Shown here in pieces: positions 44,273 to 52,247 of a DNA stretch of 64,000 nucleotides. Made by a program: the position numbers and the translations under genes. Source of the stretch: an uncultured Candidatus Binatia bacterium (GTDB lineage: Bacteria > Desulfobacterota > Binatia > UBA9968 > JAJDTQ01); the NCBI GenBank assembly GCA_965261895.1, contig OZ253480.1, forward strand, positions 173,276-237,275, given 5' to 3'. The first letter of the stretch is position 1; each line of letters begins with the position of its first letter. The notes beneath the pieces were generated by a model. That model was not told the origin of the DNA and made no database searches. It was given only the letters and a program-made list of their open reading frames with translations.

Positions 44273-44320
44273 ACAAGGCTAGGATTTGACAATCGGCTCG
44301 CCGCGTAAGAAACTGCCGGA

Positions 44321-44611
44321 ATGAGTTTTCGCTACAAGCCGGGCGACCCGGTAAAGGTCTTGGACACGTTGACGCTGGGGCATCACATCCGCTCGCCCCA
44401 GTATCTAAGGGGGAAGAACGGCGTGGTGGCGGATGTCCGTGGGAGCTTCAAGGACCCGGAGTTGCTGTCCTTCGGCGAGGACGGTCTGCCGGAGGCGAAT
44501 CTCTATTCCATCGAGTTCGATCTGGCCCACGTGTGGGACGACCGGCCCGCGCCCAAGGGTGCCAACAAGATCTACGCCGACATTTTCGAGCAGTGGCTGG
44601 AGCCGCGATAA
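44321..44611 (+). CDS. Nitrile hydratase beta-subunit-like protein, C-terminal (SH3-like) half only (96 aa)
   Basis: FRYKPGDPVKVLDTLTLGHHIRSPQYLRGKNGVVADVRGSF…ANLYSIEFDLAHVWDD… matches the C-terminal half of NHase beta. The N-terminal half is absent. Confidence 0.7.
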   Translation: MSFRYKPGDPVKVLDTLTLGHHIRSPQYLRGKNGVVADVRGSFKDPELLSFGEDGLPEANLYSIEFDLAHVWDDRPAPKGANKIYADIFEQWLEPR

Positions 44612-44626
44612 TACAGGAGAAACGTC

Positions 44627-45439
44627 ATGGCCAAAGAAAAACAGGAAGTGAGCACGGAGCCCGCGGTCAGCGAGGAGCCCAGCTATTTCGAACGGCGCGC
44701 CCGCGCCACCGCCGACCTGTTGAAGGAAAAGGGCGTCCTGAGCGCCGATGAGGCGCGCAGCGTCAAACACGGCCACGATCACAGCCACGACGACGTGTTC
44801 GAGCAGCTCCACGCCAACAACCCCATCGACGTCACGGAGCACGAGCACACGACATTCGAAAAACAGGTGCTGGCCCTCGGCAACCTGCTGCGGGAGAAGG
44901 GCATCATCAGCACCGACGAGGTGCGGCGCAAGATCGACGAAAACGAGGGCGTATCACCGCATCAAGGCTCGCGGGTGGTGGCCAAGGCCTGGGTGGACCC
45001 GGAGTACAAGAAGCGCCTGTTCGAGGACGGCATCGCGGCGGCCGAAGAGCTCGCCGTAGACATGTCCACCGCCAACCAGCTCATCGCCGTGGAGAACACC
45101 GATGACGTGCACCACGTGGTGGTGTGCACGCTGTGCTCGTGCTATCCGCGGCAACTCCTGGGCCAGCCCCCGGACTGGTACAAGAGCACCAACTACCGCA
45201 CCCGCGTGGTGGTGGATCCCCGCCGGGTGCTGAAGGAAATGGGGCTGGAACTGCCCGAGTCCACCGAGGTACGGGTGGTGGACAGCACCGCCGAGACTCG
45301 CTACCTGGTCGTGCCCAAGCGTCCGGAGGGGACCGAGGGCTGGAGCGAGGAGCAACTGGCGGGTCTGGCAACTCGCAACAGCATGGTGGGCTGCTCCAAT
45401 GCCCTCACTCCGCTGCAAAAAGAGATGATGGCCGATTGA
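44627..45439 (+). CDS. nthA: Nitrile hydratase alpha subunit, cobalt type, with ~70-90-aa N-terminal extension
   Basis: Metal site VVCTLCSCYPR (CTLCSC is the cobalt type). …AKAWVDPEYKKRL…, PPDWYKSTNYRTRVVVDPRRVLKEMGL, VVDSTAETRYLVVPKRPEGTEGWSEEQLAGLATRNSMVG. The N-terminus has a duplicated helix (ATADLLKEKGVLSADEA / LGNLLREKGIISTDEV) separated by a His-rich linker. Confidence 0.85.
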   Translation: MAKEKQEVSTEPAVSEEPSYFERRARATADLLKEKGVLSADEARSVKHGHDHSHDDVFEQLHANNPIDVTEHEHTTFEKQVLALGNLLREKGIISTDEVRRKIDENEGVSPHQGSRVVAKAWVDPEYKKRLFEDGIAAAEELAVDMSTANQLIAVENTDDVHHVVVCTLCSCYPRQLLGQPPDWYKSTNYRTRVVVDPRRVLKEMGLELPESTEVRVVDSTAETRYLVVPKRPEGTEGWSEEQLAGLATRNSMVGCSNALTPLQKEMMAD

Positions 45440-45478
45440 CCACGGGGAAAATGGTGGCCGATTGACCACGGGAAACGT

Positions 45479-45505
45479 GTAGGGGCGGGTTTCAAACCCG
45501 CCCGC
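45479..45505. repeat. REP family A copy
   Basis: GTAGGGGCGGGTTTCAAACCCGCCCGC. A truncated copy lies at 46200-46218, directly after the isochorismatase-like gene stop. Confidence 0.85.
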
Positions 45506-45543
45506 GTCCGCATCGCAGAGAGAACGATTCGAAGGAGGCCGGC

Positions 45544-46200
45544 ATGAGCGTTTTACAAAGTCTCAAGGAGCGTTGTGACCCTTCCCTGGCGGGGCTCATC
45601 GTGGTGGATGTTCAGAACGATTTCTGCAGCCCGGAGGGAGCTTGCGCCAAACGTGGCGTGGACATCAAGTCGGGCCTGGAAATGGTGCCCAACCTGTACA
45701 AGCTCATCGACGAGGCGCGGGAGGTAAGCCTGCCCATCATCTACATCCAGACCATCCACAGCGAGTGGACCGACACCGAGCCCTGGCTCAACCGCAAGCC
45801 CGGCGGCGCCGACACCGAGACCTGCCGCGAGGGCTCCTGGGGCGCCGATTTCTTCGACGGCATCGAGCCCAGGGCGGATGAGCGGGTAGTGATCAAGCAC
45901 CGCTACAGCGCCTTCATCAACACCGACCTCGAAACGATCCTCAAGGCCAAGGGCATCGAGAGCGTCCTCCTGACCGGCGTGGCCACCAACGTATGCGTGG
46001 AAAGCACCATGCGGGACGCCTTCATGCTGGACTACTACGTCGCCATGGTGCATGACTGCATGGCTACTTCCGACCCGGTGCTCCATGAGGGCACGCTTGA
46101 GAACACCCGCCGCCAATTCGGCCTGGTAGCGTCCCACAAGGAAGTGATTGATACGTGGGAGGGATTGGAGCGGAACAAGAAAGCCGCTCCGGGATTCTAG
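45544..46200 (+). CDS. Isochorismatase-family cysteine hydrolase (amidase-like)
   Basis: GLIVVDVQNDFCSPEG…(D)…VIKHRYSAFINTDLETILKAKGIESVLLTGVATNVCVESTMRDA has the catalytic D-K-C pattern of isochorismatase-like amidases. Confidence 0.85.
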   Translation: MSVLQSLKERCDPSLAGLIVVDVQNDFCSPEGACAKRGVDIKSGLEMVPNLYKLIDEAREVSLPIIYIQTIHSEWTDTEPWLNRKPGGADTETCREGSWGADFFDGIEPRADERVVIKHRYSAFINTDLETILKAKGIESVLLTGVATNVCVESTMRDAFMLDYYVAMVHDCMATSDPVLHEGTLENTRRQFGLVASHKEVIDTWEGLERNKKAAPGF

Positions 46201-46380
46201 TAGGGGCGGGTTTCAAACTTGGTCGTCTAGCGAGCTCCCTACAATTTTAGGTCCGCAACCATTTGAAAATAAATGACAAAACTGTTCTCTCGAAGAACCG
46301 GATAGTTCCTGCCAGGAACAATCAACACAAAGACAACACCGCGCACCGACGCAAACCCACATCGCCCGCCGCCTAGCAGG

Positions 46381-46500
46381 CTGTGTCGAAACCCCATCCG
46401 AGCGAGGCAATGACCCCCGAAATCGTCATTCCCGCGAAAGCGGGAATCCAGGCGGGGTGGAGTGGGGAAACGCCGCGTAGGGACCCCGCCAGGACCCCTG
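46381..46500. repeat. REP family C composite module
   Basis: GCTGTGTCGAAACCCCATCCGAGCGAGGCA…GAAATCGTCATTCCCGCGAAAGCGGGAATCCAGGCGGGGTGGAGTGGGGAAACGCC is nearly identical to the module at 58207-58300. Confidence 0.85.
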
Positions 46501-46667
46501 GATGTGCGGGCTACTCCGCGGCGGAAGCCGCAAGCTGGGCGGTGGCGCATGTGTCCGAACGAGAAGCGGTGTTCGGCCACGTCGATCTGCTGGCGGCCAC
46601 GCTCGCGAGCGAGCCGGGGGCGGTGACGGTGGATGCCCCGCCCGCGCACCACCGCTGATACCGGCCG

Positions 46668-47279
46668 TCAGTCCAACTTGATTCCCAACTCCTCCAGCAG
46701 CGCCGCCGCGTCCGACTTGAAGCCCTCGTCGATGTCCTGATACAGGCTCTTGCCCTTGGTATCCGCGTCGACGATGAGCGGACCCAACCCGTCCACCTCC
46801 ACGATCCACATGGCCTCGGGCCGACCCAGCTCAGGCCAGGCGCACTCGATGACCCGGACCACCCGCGAGGCGTATTCGTTGTAGTTGCCGGCGCACACCA
46901 GGTGAACGCAGCCGGAACGCTTGCAGAACTCATCCAGGCCTTCGAGCATCCCTTTACCAATGATCACCTTGAGACCTAATAAATCTACAGCTTTTTCGAT
47001 CTTCTCGCGCCCGGCGAGCCAGCTCGGCATGGGCACCATGGCGATCATCTCGGTGTGGTCCGGCCCTTCCTTCACCAGCGGGCCGCTGTGGAACACGGTC
47101 TCGGCTCCGAGCTCCTTCAGGCGGGTGCGGACGCCCTGGCCTCCTTCGGGATCCAGCAACCGGTCGTAGGTCAGCGACCTGCAAGTGAACAGGCGTCCGC
47201 TGATGGTGACCGAGTCCCCCGCATCGAGATCACTCAGGGCTTCCTCGGTTATCGGGCTCTGCAGATGGACCGACTTCAT
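46668..47279 (-). CDS. Fe-S hydro-lyase beta-type subunit (fumarase class I C-terminal / tartrate dehydratase TtdB-like)
   Basis: Start MKSVHLQSPITEEALSDLDAGDSVTISGRLFTCRSLTYDRL… …VIIGKGML…VHLVCAGN…, ~203 aa. The longer track ORF runs into the upstream gene. Confidence 0.75.
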   Translation of the reverse strand: MKSVHLQSPITEEALSDLDAGDSVTISGRLFTCRSLTYDRLLDPEGGQGVRTRLKELGAETVFHSGPLVKEGPDHTEMIAMVPMPSWLAGREKIEKAVDLLGLKVIIGKGMLEGLDEFCKRSGCVHLVCAGNYNEYASRVVRVIECAWPELGRPEAMWIVEVDGLGPLIVDADTKGKSLYQDIDEGFKSDAAALLEELGIKLD

Positions 47280-47325
47280 GTCATCTTCCTCCCGGACCTT
47301 TGTGCAAACTATGCGGACGCTCCGG

Positions 47326-48078
47326 TCATTGCAAGCCGCCGAATGCGCGGGAGGCGAGGTAGGCGCCCAGCGCAAGGAGGGAAAGGAAGAATATTTTCCG
47401 GAACAATTGTTCGGAGAGCCTTTTCCGAATTCGTTGCCCCATGACCATCCCCGCCATCGCCGGCACCAGGGCCATGGTGGAAAGGATGCCGTGCTCGAGT
47501 CGAAGCAGGTTGTCGGCCTGAAGCGCGAACCCAAGGGCCAGCGTAGATACCGTGAAGAGCATTCCCATGGCCTGAATCAACGCGTCTCTCGAGAGGCCGA
47601 GCGCCTGAAGGAACATCACCCCAGGCACGACGAAGGACCCTGTCATTCCCGTCAGCACTCCGTTCACGAGTCCGGCCAACGCCCCCGCCCATCTTTCGTG
47701 ACGGGCTTCGACCCGGAGTCGCAGCCCGGCCAGATTCGCGGCGGCGTACGCCACGAGCAGCAACCCGAGCAGCGCGGTCAGCAGTGAGTGATCGACGCGC
47801 GTCAACGCGGATGCTCCGAGCCGCACGGTGATCGTCGCTACGAGTAGAAACAGCCAGATCCGGCGTAGAAGGGACCGGCCGTGGCCGCCAACCGTCGCCT
47901 GCCAGATGTTGGTCACGAAGGATGGCACGAGAAGCACGGCCATGGCATTCGGCAGATTGATCGCCACCGCCAGAAGGGCGAGGCTGACGGTCGGAAGGCC
48001 AAGACCGATGACTCCCTTGACCGCGCCCGCGATCAGGAAAGTTCCGGCGATTGCGAGGATGGTTGCGGCGTCAAGCAT
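47326..48078 (-). CDS. TauE/SafE (DUF81) family anion exporter/permease
   Basis: 250 aa, ~8 TM. MLDAATILAIAGTFLIAGAVKGVIGLGLPTVSLALL… is typical of TauE/SafE. Confidence 0.8.
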   Translation of the reverse strand: MLDAATILAIAGTFLIAGAVKGVIGLGLPTVSLALLAVAINLPNAMAVLLVPSFVTNIWQATVGGHGRSLLRRIWLFLLVATITVRLGASALTRVDHSLLTALLGLLLVAYAAANLAGLRLRVEARHERWAGALAGLVNGVLTGMTGSFVVPGVMFLQALGLSRDALIQAMGMLFTVSTLALGFALQADNLLRLEHGILSTMALVPAMAGMVMGQRIRKRLSEQLFRKIFFLSLLALGAYLASRAFGGLQ

Positions 48079-48088
48079 CCCCGGCGGT

Positions 48089-49015
48089 TCACGATTCCCG
48101 GTCCATCCAACTCGACATCGGCAGGCTCTCTACCCGGCCGTCGGCATACATGCGCACCGTGGTCCGCCGCATGGCGGCGCACTGGAGGTAGACCGCCACG
48201 GGCAGGGTCGCCATGTGGCAGTAGGCCATCTCCAGGTGGACGTCGAAGGCCGAGGTGGAGCCGCCCATGCCCATGGGGCCGAGCTTCAGCCTGAGGATGT
48301 CGTCCATGAGTTGGTCTTCCAGCCGCGCCAGCTCCGGGTCGGGGTTGCGGTCGCCCACGGGTCTCAGGATGGCGGCTTCCTTGGCCATGCGCGTGCAGGT
48401 CTCGAAGGTGCCGCCCAGTCCCACGCCCACCAGGTTGGGCGAGCAGGTGGCGCCGAGGCGTACCAGGTTGATGGTGGACTCCACCACGAACTTCCGGACG
48501 CCCTTCTCACCCGCGGTGGGCGGCAGCACCGTGAACTTGCTGCCCACCAGCTCGGGACCGCCTCCGACCGCCACGTTGGTGATCTCCAGGTAGTCCGCGT
48601 CCGCGACCACCCGCACCTTGATGTCCGGGCAGCCCGGCCCCTGGTTGGTGTTGGGGTTGTGGCGCGTCAACGGATGGACCGCGTTGGGCCGCAGGGGAAT
48701 GTCCGAGGTGACCTCGGCGCTGACCTCGCGCAGGGTACGCTCCAGCGCCTGGTAGCCGCCTTCGATCTCCGGGATCATCGCCGTCCCCAAGCCGACGTAG
48801 TAGGTCAGCAACCCGGTATCGGCGCAGAAGGGTATGCTCCGGGCCGAGGCGCTGGCCACCGCGTCCAGGTTGGCCTTGAGATGAGCCTTGCCCAACTCGC
48901 TGGTCTCCTTGTCGTGCTGCTCCTGTAGAAACGACTTGAAGTCCTCGGGCAGATCGTACTGATTTGTCTTCCACAACGCGGTAACCGTTTCCGCTATCGC
49001 CTGCTGGCTCAGCAT
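48089..49015 (-). CDS. Fe-S hydro-lyase alpha-type subunit (fumarase class I N-terminal / TtdA-like)
   Basis: …IPFCADTGLLTYYVGLG…, …GATCSPNLVGVGLGGTFE…, …GPMGMGGSTSAFDVHLEMAYCHMATLPVAVYLQC… Start taken at MLSQQAI (49015) after GGAAAGG. Confidence 0.75.
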   Translation of the reverse strand: MLSQQAIAETVTALWKTNQYDLPEDFKSFLQEQHDKETSELGKAHLKANLDAVASASARSIPFCADTGLLTYYVGLGTAMIPEIEGGYQALERTLREVSAEVTSDIPLRPNAVHPLTRHNPNTNQGPGCPDIKVRVVADADYLEITNVAVGGGPELVGSKFTVLPPTAGEKGVRKFVVESTINLVRLGATCSPNLVGVGLGGTFETCTRMAKEAAILRPVGDRNPDPELARLEDQLMDDILRLKLGPMGMGGSTSAFDVHLEMAYCHMATLPVAVYLQCAAMRRTTVRMYADGRVESLPMSSWMDRES

Positions 49016-49225
49016 CGTTCGTGCCTTTCCGCCCGCATGGGTTTGTCGGAGCCTTGATTCGGTAAGCACCTACAACAGGGGGATAAAATAGGCAATAGCC
49101 GGTTTGTCTCCGGTCTCCCCTCTCCCGAACCCTCCCGTTTGTGCCCGTTCTTGACAATCGCCATGGTCTTTTGCATGGTGTGAGGCCTTAAGGACAGCGT
49201 TTTTCTCACCAAGAAGGGAGTTCTC

Positions 49226-50263
49226 ATGATACGTGCATTCGCGGCCGCGATTAAGGTTAGCGTGACCCTGGCTCTCGTCCTCGGGCTGTCGGGAACCGCG
49301 TGGAGTGTGGCAGATTTCTACAAGGGCAAGACCATCCGGTTCATCGTGGGACATGCGCCCGGCGGCGGATACGATGGCTATACCAGGACTGTGGCGCGCC
49401 ATATCGGTAAACATTTTCCAGGAAGCCCCACGCCCGTCGTACAGAACCTGACCGGTGCCGGGGGTCTCATTGCCGGCAATTACATCTACAACAAGACGAA
49501 ACCGGACGGCCTCACCGTCGGCGTCTGGAACAACCAGTTCGTGGTGCACGAAGCCCTGGGCAGCCGGCGGGTCCACTTCAAGGCGCGGAAGTTCGGTTGG
49601 GTCGGGGCTCCCGTCACCGGATGGCCGAGTTGCGCGGTGATGGGTTTCACCGGCATCAAGACCTATGATGATCTCGTCAAATCCGGGAAATCCATCAAGG
49701 TGGGCTCGGCGGGCGGCACCGGGACCAGTCTGCCGACGATCATCAACACGGTGACCGGCAAGAAGCTCTTCGATATCATTCCCGGATACCGGGGGACCGG
49801 CCCGGTGCGGCTGGCCATGCAGGGCAGAGAGCTGGGCGGGGTGTGCATGGCGTTCGAGTCCATGCGAGTGATGGGCCGGTCGATGCTCGATGCCGCGGGT
49901 GATGACAAGCTGATTCCCATCTTCGTCTACGGCAATCCGCCGGATCCGGAAGTTCGGAACATCCCGCGCATACGGGACCTCGTCAAAGGCAAGGACAACG
50001 AGGCCATGCTCAATGCCTGGGGCCTGCAATACAATTTCCAGCGTCCGCTGACGCTCCCTCCGGGAACGCCCAAGGACCGCATTGCCGCCTGGAGGAAAGC
50101 CTATGCCGCGACCCTCAAGGACCCGGCCTTGCTGGCAGACGCAAAGAAGTCCCGGTTGAATATCGTTTACGTATCTGGAGAGCAGATCGACGCTTACGTG
50201 GAAACCATCCTGACCATGTCCCCGGAGACCAAGGAGCGCCTCAGGTGGATGCTGCCGAAATGA
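49226..50263 (+). CDS. tctC: Tripartite tricarboxylate transporter substrate-binding protein (TctC/Bug family)
   Basis: Signal peptide, then FYKGKTIRFIVGHAPGGGYDGYTRTVARHIGKHFPGSPTPVVQNLTGAGGLIAGNY, the Bug-family signature. Confidence 0.85.
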   Translation: MIRAFAAAIKVSVTLALVLGLSGTAWSVADFYKGKTIRFIVGHAPGGGYDGYTRTVARHIGKHFPGSPTPVVQNLTGAGGLIAGNYIYNKTKPDGLTVGVWNNQFVVHEALGSRRVHFKARKFGWVGAPVTGWPSCAVMGFTGIKTYDDLVKSGKSIKVGSAGGTGTSLPTIINTVTGKKLFDIIPGYRGTGPVRLAMQGRELGGVCMAFESMRVMGRSMLDAAGDDKLIPIFVYGNPPDPEVRNIPRIRDLVKGKDNEAMLNAWGLQYNFQRPLTLPPGTPKDRIAAWRKAYAATLKDPALLADAKKSRLNIVYVSGEQIDAYVETILTMSPETKERLRWMLPK

Positions 50264-50314
50264 CCGTACGCGACCTCGATTGAAGTTTTCGGCAACCGTC
50301 CGGACGTAGCCCCC

Positions 50315-50342
50315 GTAGGGGCGGGTTTCAAACCCGCCCGCG
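50315..50342. repeat. REP family A copy
   Basis: GTAGGGGCGGGTTTCAAACCCGCCCGCG. Confidence 0.85.
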
Positions 50343-50393
50343 CTCGTCGTCACGCCGAAACACGGTCGGTGTGGCCCGCGAGTTGATGCCAGG

Positions 50394-50434
50394 AACCGCC
50401 CCTTTTCGCCGGCAACGGAAAGGGGCGGTTTTGT
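50394..50434 (+). terminator. Rho-independent terminator-like hairpin downstream of tctC
   Basis: AACCGCCCCTT-…-AAGGGGCGGTT followed by TTGT (GGTTTTGT), between convergent genes. Confidence 0.6.
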
Positions 50435-50441
50435 ATCCACC

Positions 50442-51113
50442 TTAAACCATGGCCACGGCGCGGCACGGCGCCCCGTCTCCCCCTTCGATCTTGATGGGAA
50501 AGGCGATCAGCGTGAACGTGCGCTGCCGGACCTTGTGCAGGTTGGCCAGATGCTCGATGAACGGGATACCCTTGCCCAGGAAGGTCCGGTGCACCGGGAA
50601 ATCGCCGGGATGCGGCTCCCCCTTCCCCTGCACCTGGTCCTGGGGCGAGTCCAGAGCCAAGGCCTTGATACGCTTCGATACCAGCCAGCGCGCCAGCTCG
50701 GTGGTGATGAACGGATTGTCGAAGTAGTAGTTGGGGTCGCCGAACATCTTGCGGTTCCAGCCCGTGTGGAACACCACGATCCTTCCCTTGAGGTCCTGCT
50801 CCCGAAAGCCCGGTGAGGTGCGGACGTCCTCAATGGTGATGCCCGTCCTGGGCTTCACCTTGCGGCGCAGGTCGATCTTGACCGCGGGGCCCATGAAGCG
50901 CTCCAGCGGCATCTGGTCGATGGTCTTGCCGCCGGGAACGAAGTGATACGGCGGATCGCAGTGCGTCCCGGTGTGGATGCTGGCGTGCATCTCGGTGTTG
51001 GATCGCCCGTGGGTCTCGTGGGTGTGGATCGGGTGGAACGACAGGGTCGGATGCCCCGGCACCACGGTGACGTTGGTGGTCAGCGGCAGGCTCAGGTCGA
51101 TGAGCTTCGGCAT
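50442..51113 (-). CDS. Cyclase-family protein (kynurenine formamidase-like metal hydrolase)
   Basis: Start MPKLIDLSLPL… …HTGTHCDPPYHF… …VVFHTGW… fits the putative cyclase family (HxGTHxDxPxH). Confidence 0.8.
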   Translation of the reverse strand: MPKLIDLSLPLTTNVTVVPGHPTLSFHPIHTHETHGRSNTEMHASIHTGTHCDPPYHFVPGGKTIDQMPLERFMGPAVKIDLRRKVKPRTGITIEDVRTSPGFREQDLKGRIVVFHTGWNRKMFGDPNYYFDNPFITTELARWLVSKRIKALALDSPQDQVQGKGEPHPGDFPVHRTFLGKGIPFIEHLANLHKVRQRTFTLIAFPIKIEGGDGAPCRAVAMV

Positions 51114-51216
51114 GGTTGACTCCTTGATGCCCGTCTGTGCCGGACGGGGCAATGGCGCGTGCGAGTGGAGCCGCCGTGACGCGCGTAGGTGACGGAGGGG
51201 ATGATCCTGCCGGTGG

Positions 51217-51552
51217 TCATTGGAACAGTTCAGTATGGGTGCCGACACGTGTGAAATATACCGAACCGTTGGGACCGTCTGTATCGTCGATGCGATAAAT
51301 CAGCAGGAAGTCGCCGCCCACATGGCATTCCCGGTGGTTCGCCCATTCGCCCTTCAGCGGGTGGTCCTGCCGTTCAGGACCGAGCGGAGCATCGTTGGCG
51401 ATGAGAAGCAGCATGACCGCCTTCAGCCGCTTCATGTCGTATCGGCCGGAGCGCGAGAGGCGCTCCCAGTCCTTGAGGAATTCCCTGGCGTAGTCAACCC
51501 GGCGCGGCAGGTTGCTTCGTTTACTGGCCGCTGGCTTTTTCAAGTTCCGCAA
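51217..51552 (-). CDS. YafQ/RelE-type mRNA-interferase toxin
   Basis: …FLKDWERLSRSGRYDMKRLKAVMLLLIANDAPLGPERQDHPLKGEWANHRECHVGGDFLLIYRIDD…VYFTRVGTHTELF is the YafQ signature. The exact start is uncertain (32-nt overlap with the antitoxin as drawn). Confidence 0.8.
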   Translation of the reverse strand: MRNLKKPAASKRSNLPRRVDYAREFLKDWERLSRSGRYDMKRLKAVMLLLIANDAPLGPERQDHPLKGEWANHRECHVGGDFLLIYRIDDTDGPNGSVYFTRVGTHTELFQ

Positions 51553-51802
51553 ACATCTCGTCCGCGCTTGCGAATCGCGCTTTGCGCGTCTTTACCATCT
51601 CGTCGACCTCGGCCATGGCCCTTTGGGTTTGCGCGTTGGGAACCTTGAGTTCGAGGGGGAAGGCCTGATCGGCAGCGATGCGGTGGAACAGCAAGCGCAC
51701 GGCATCCGAAGCCGACAGCCCCATCGTCGCCAGCGTCTCGGTCGCCTTCCGCTTCAAGTCCGTGTCCATCCGGACGTGGAGCATGGAACGCTGTGTGCTC
51801 AT
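51521..51802 (-). CDS. RelB/DinJ-family antitoxin
   Basis: MSTQRSMLHVRMDTDLKRKATETLATMGLSASDAVRLLFHRIAADQAFPLELKVPN… AGGAGG lies upstream of the ATG at 51802. Confidence 0.85.
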   Translation of the reverse strand: MSTQRSMLHVRMDTDLKRKATETLATMGLSASDAVRLLFHRIAADQAFPLELKVPNAQTQRAMAEVDEMVKTRKARFASADEMFAELEKASGQ

Positions 51803-51866
51803 GGAAGCCTCCTGTATCTTAAGTGAATTATGACAAGGTTGGCGCGATCCAGTCAACCGGACGCGA

Positions 51867-52077
51867 TCAGGCAACCGTCCTGTTGCCGGCCATCTTCGTG
51901 TACATCTCGAACAGCTTCTCCAGACGCTCGGAGTCGTAGAGATCGGCGACGGTCGCGGGGAAGTGCGCCTCGCGCGCCAGCAAGATATCTTCGGCACACC
52001 GGGTCAGGTCGGCCTTTCTCGGTGAGCGTCGGCACGGGAAACGTGTTCCAGCCAAGGGTGTTTGAATCCGTCCGCAA
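51867..52077 (-). pseudogene. C-terminal remnant of an MmeI-like (type IIG/IIL) DNA methyltransferase gene, frameshifted
   Basis: LGWNTFPVPTLTEKGRPD (one frame), then LTRCAEDILLAREAHFPATVADLYDSERL (another frame). This matches the conserved …NTFPxP…IL.AR…LADLYDP… tail of that family. Nothing upstream of it remains. Confidence 0.5.
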
Positions 52078-52247
52078 CGGAACACAAACCGTGCCGATGA
52101 ACTTGCATGGCCTCAGTCGGGTTGTTCGGCAGTTACGGACCCCAAATTATAGGACACCCGCTACACGACCAAGTTCGAAACCCGTCCCTACATGCGCCTG
52201 TTCTGGATGGCGCGGACGGGCTTTAAGACCATCCCGTGGCACCGGGG

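Noticed and set aside
44286-44314. Sigma70-like promoter TTGACA-N17-GAAACT upstream of the NHase genes, and TTGACA-N18-TAGGAA upstream of cbtB (~33098-33127, minus strand).
   Set aside because: The -35 boxes are perfect but the -10 candidates are weak, and the organism's promoter consensus is unknown. This is too speculative to annotate as a feature.
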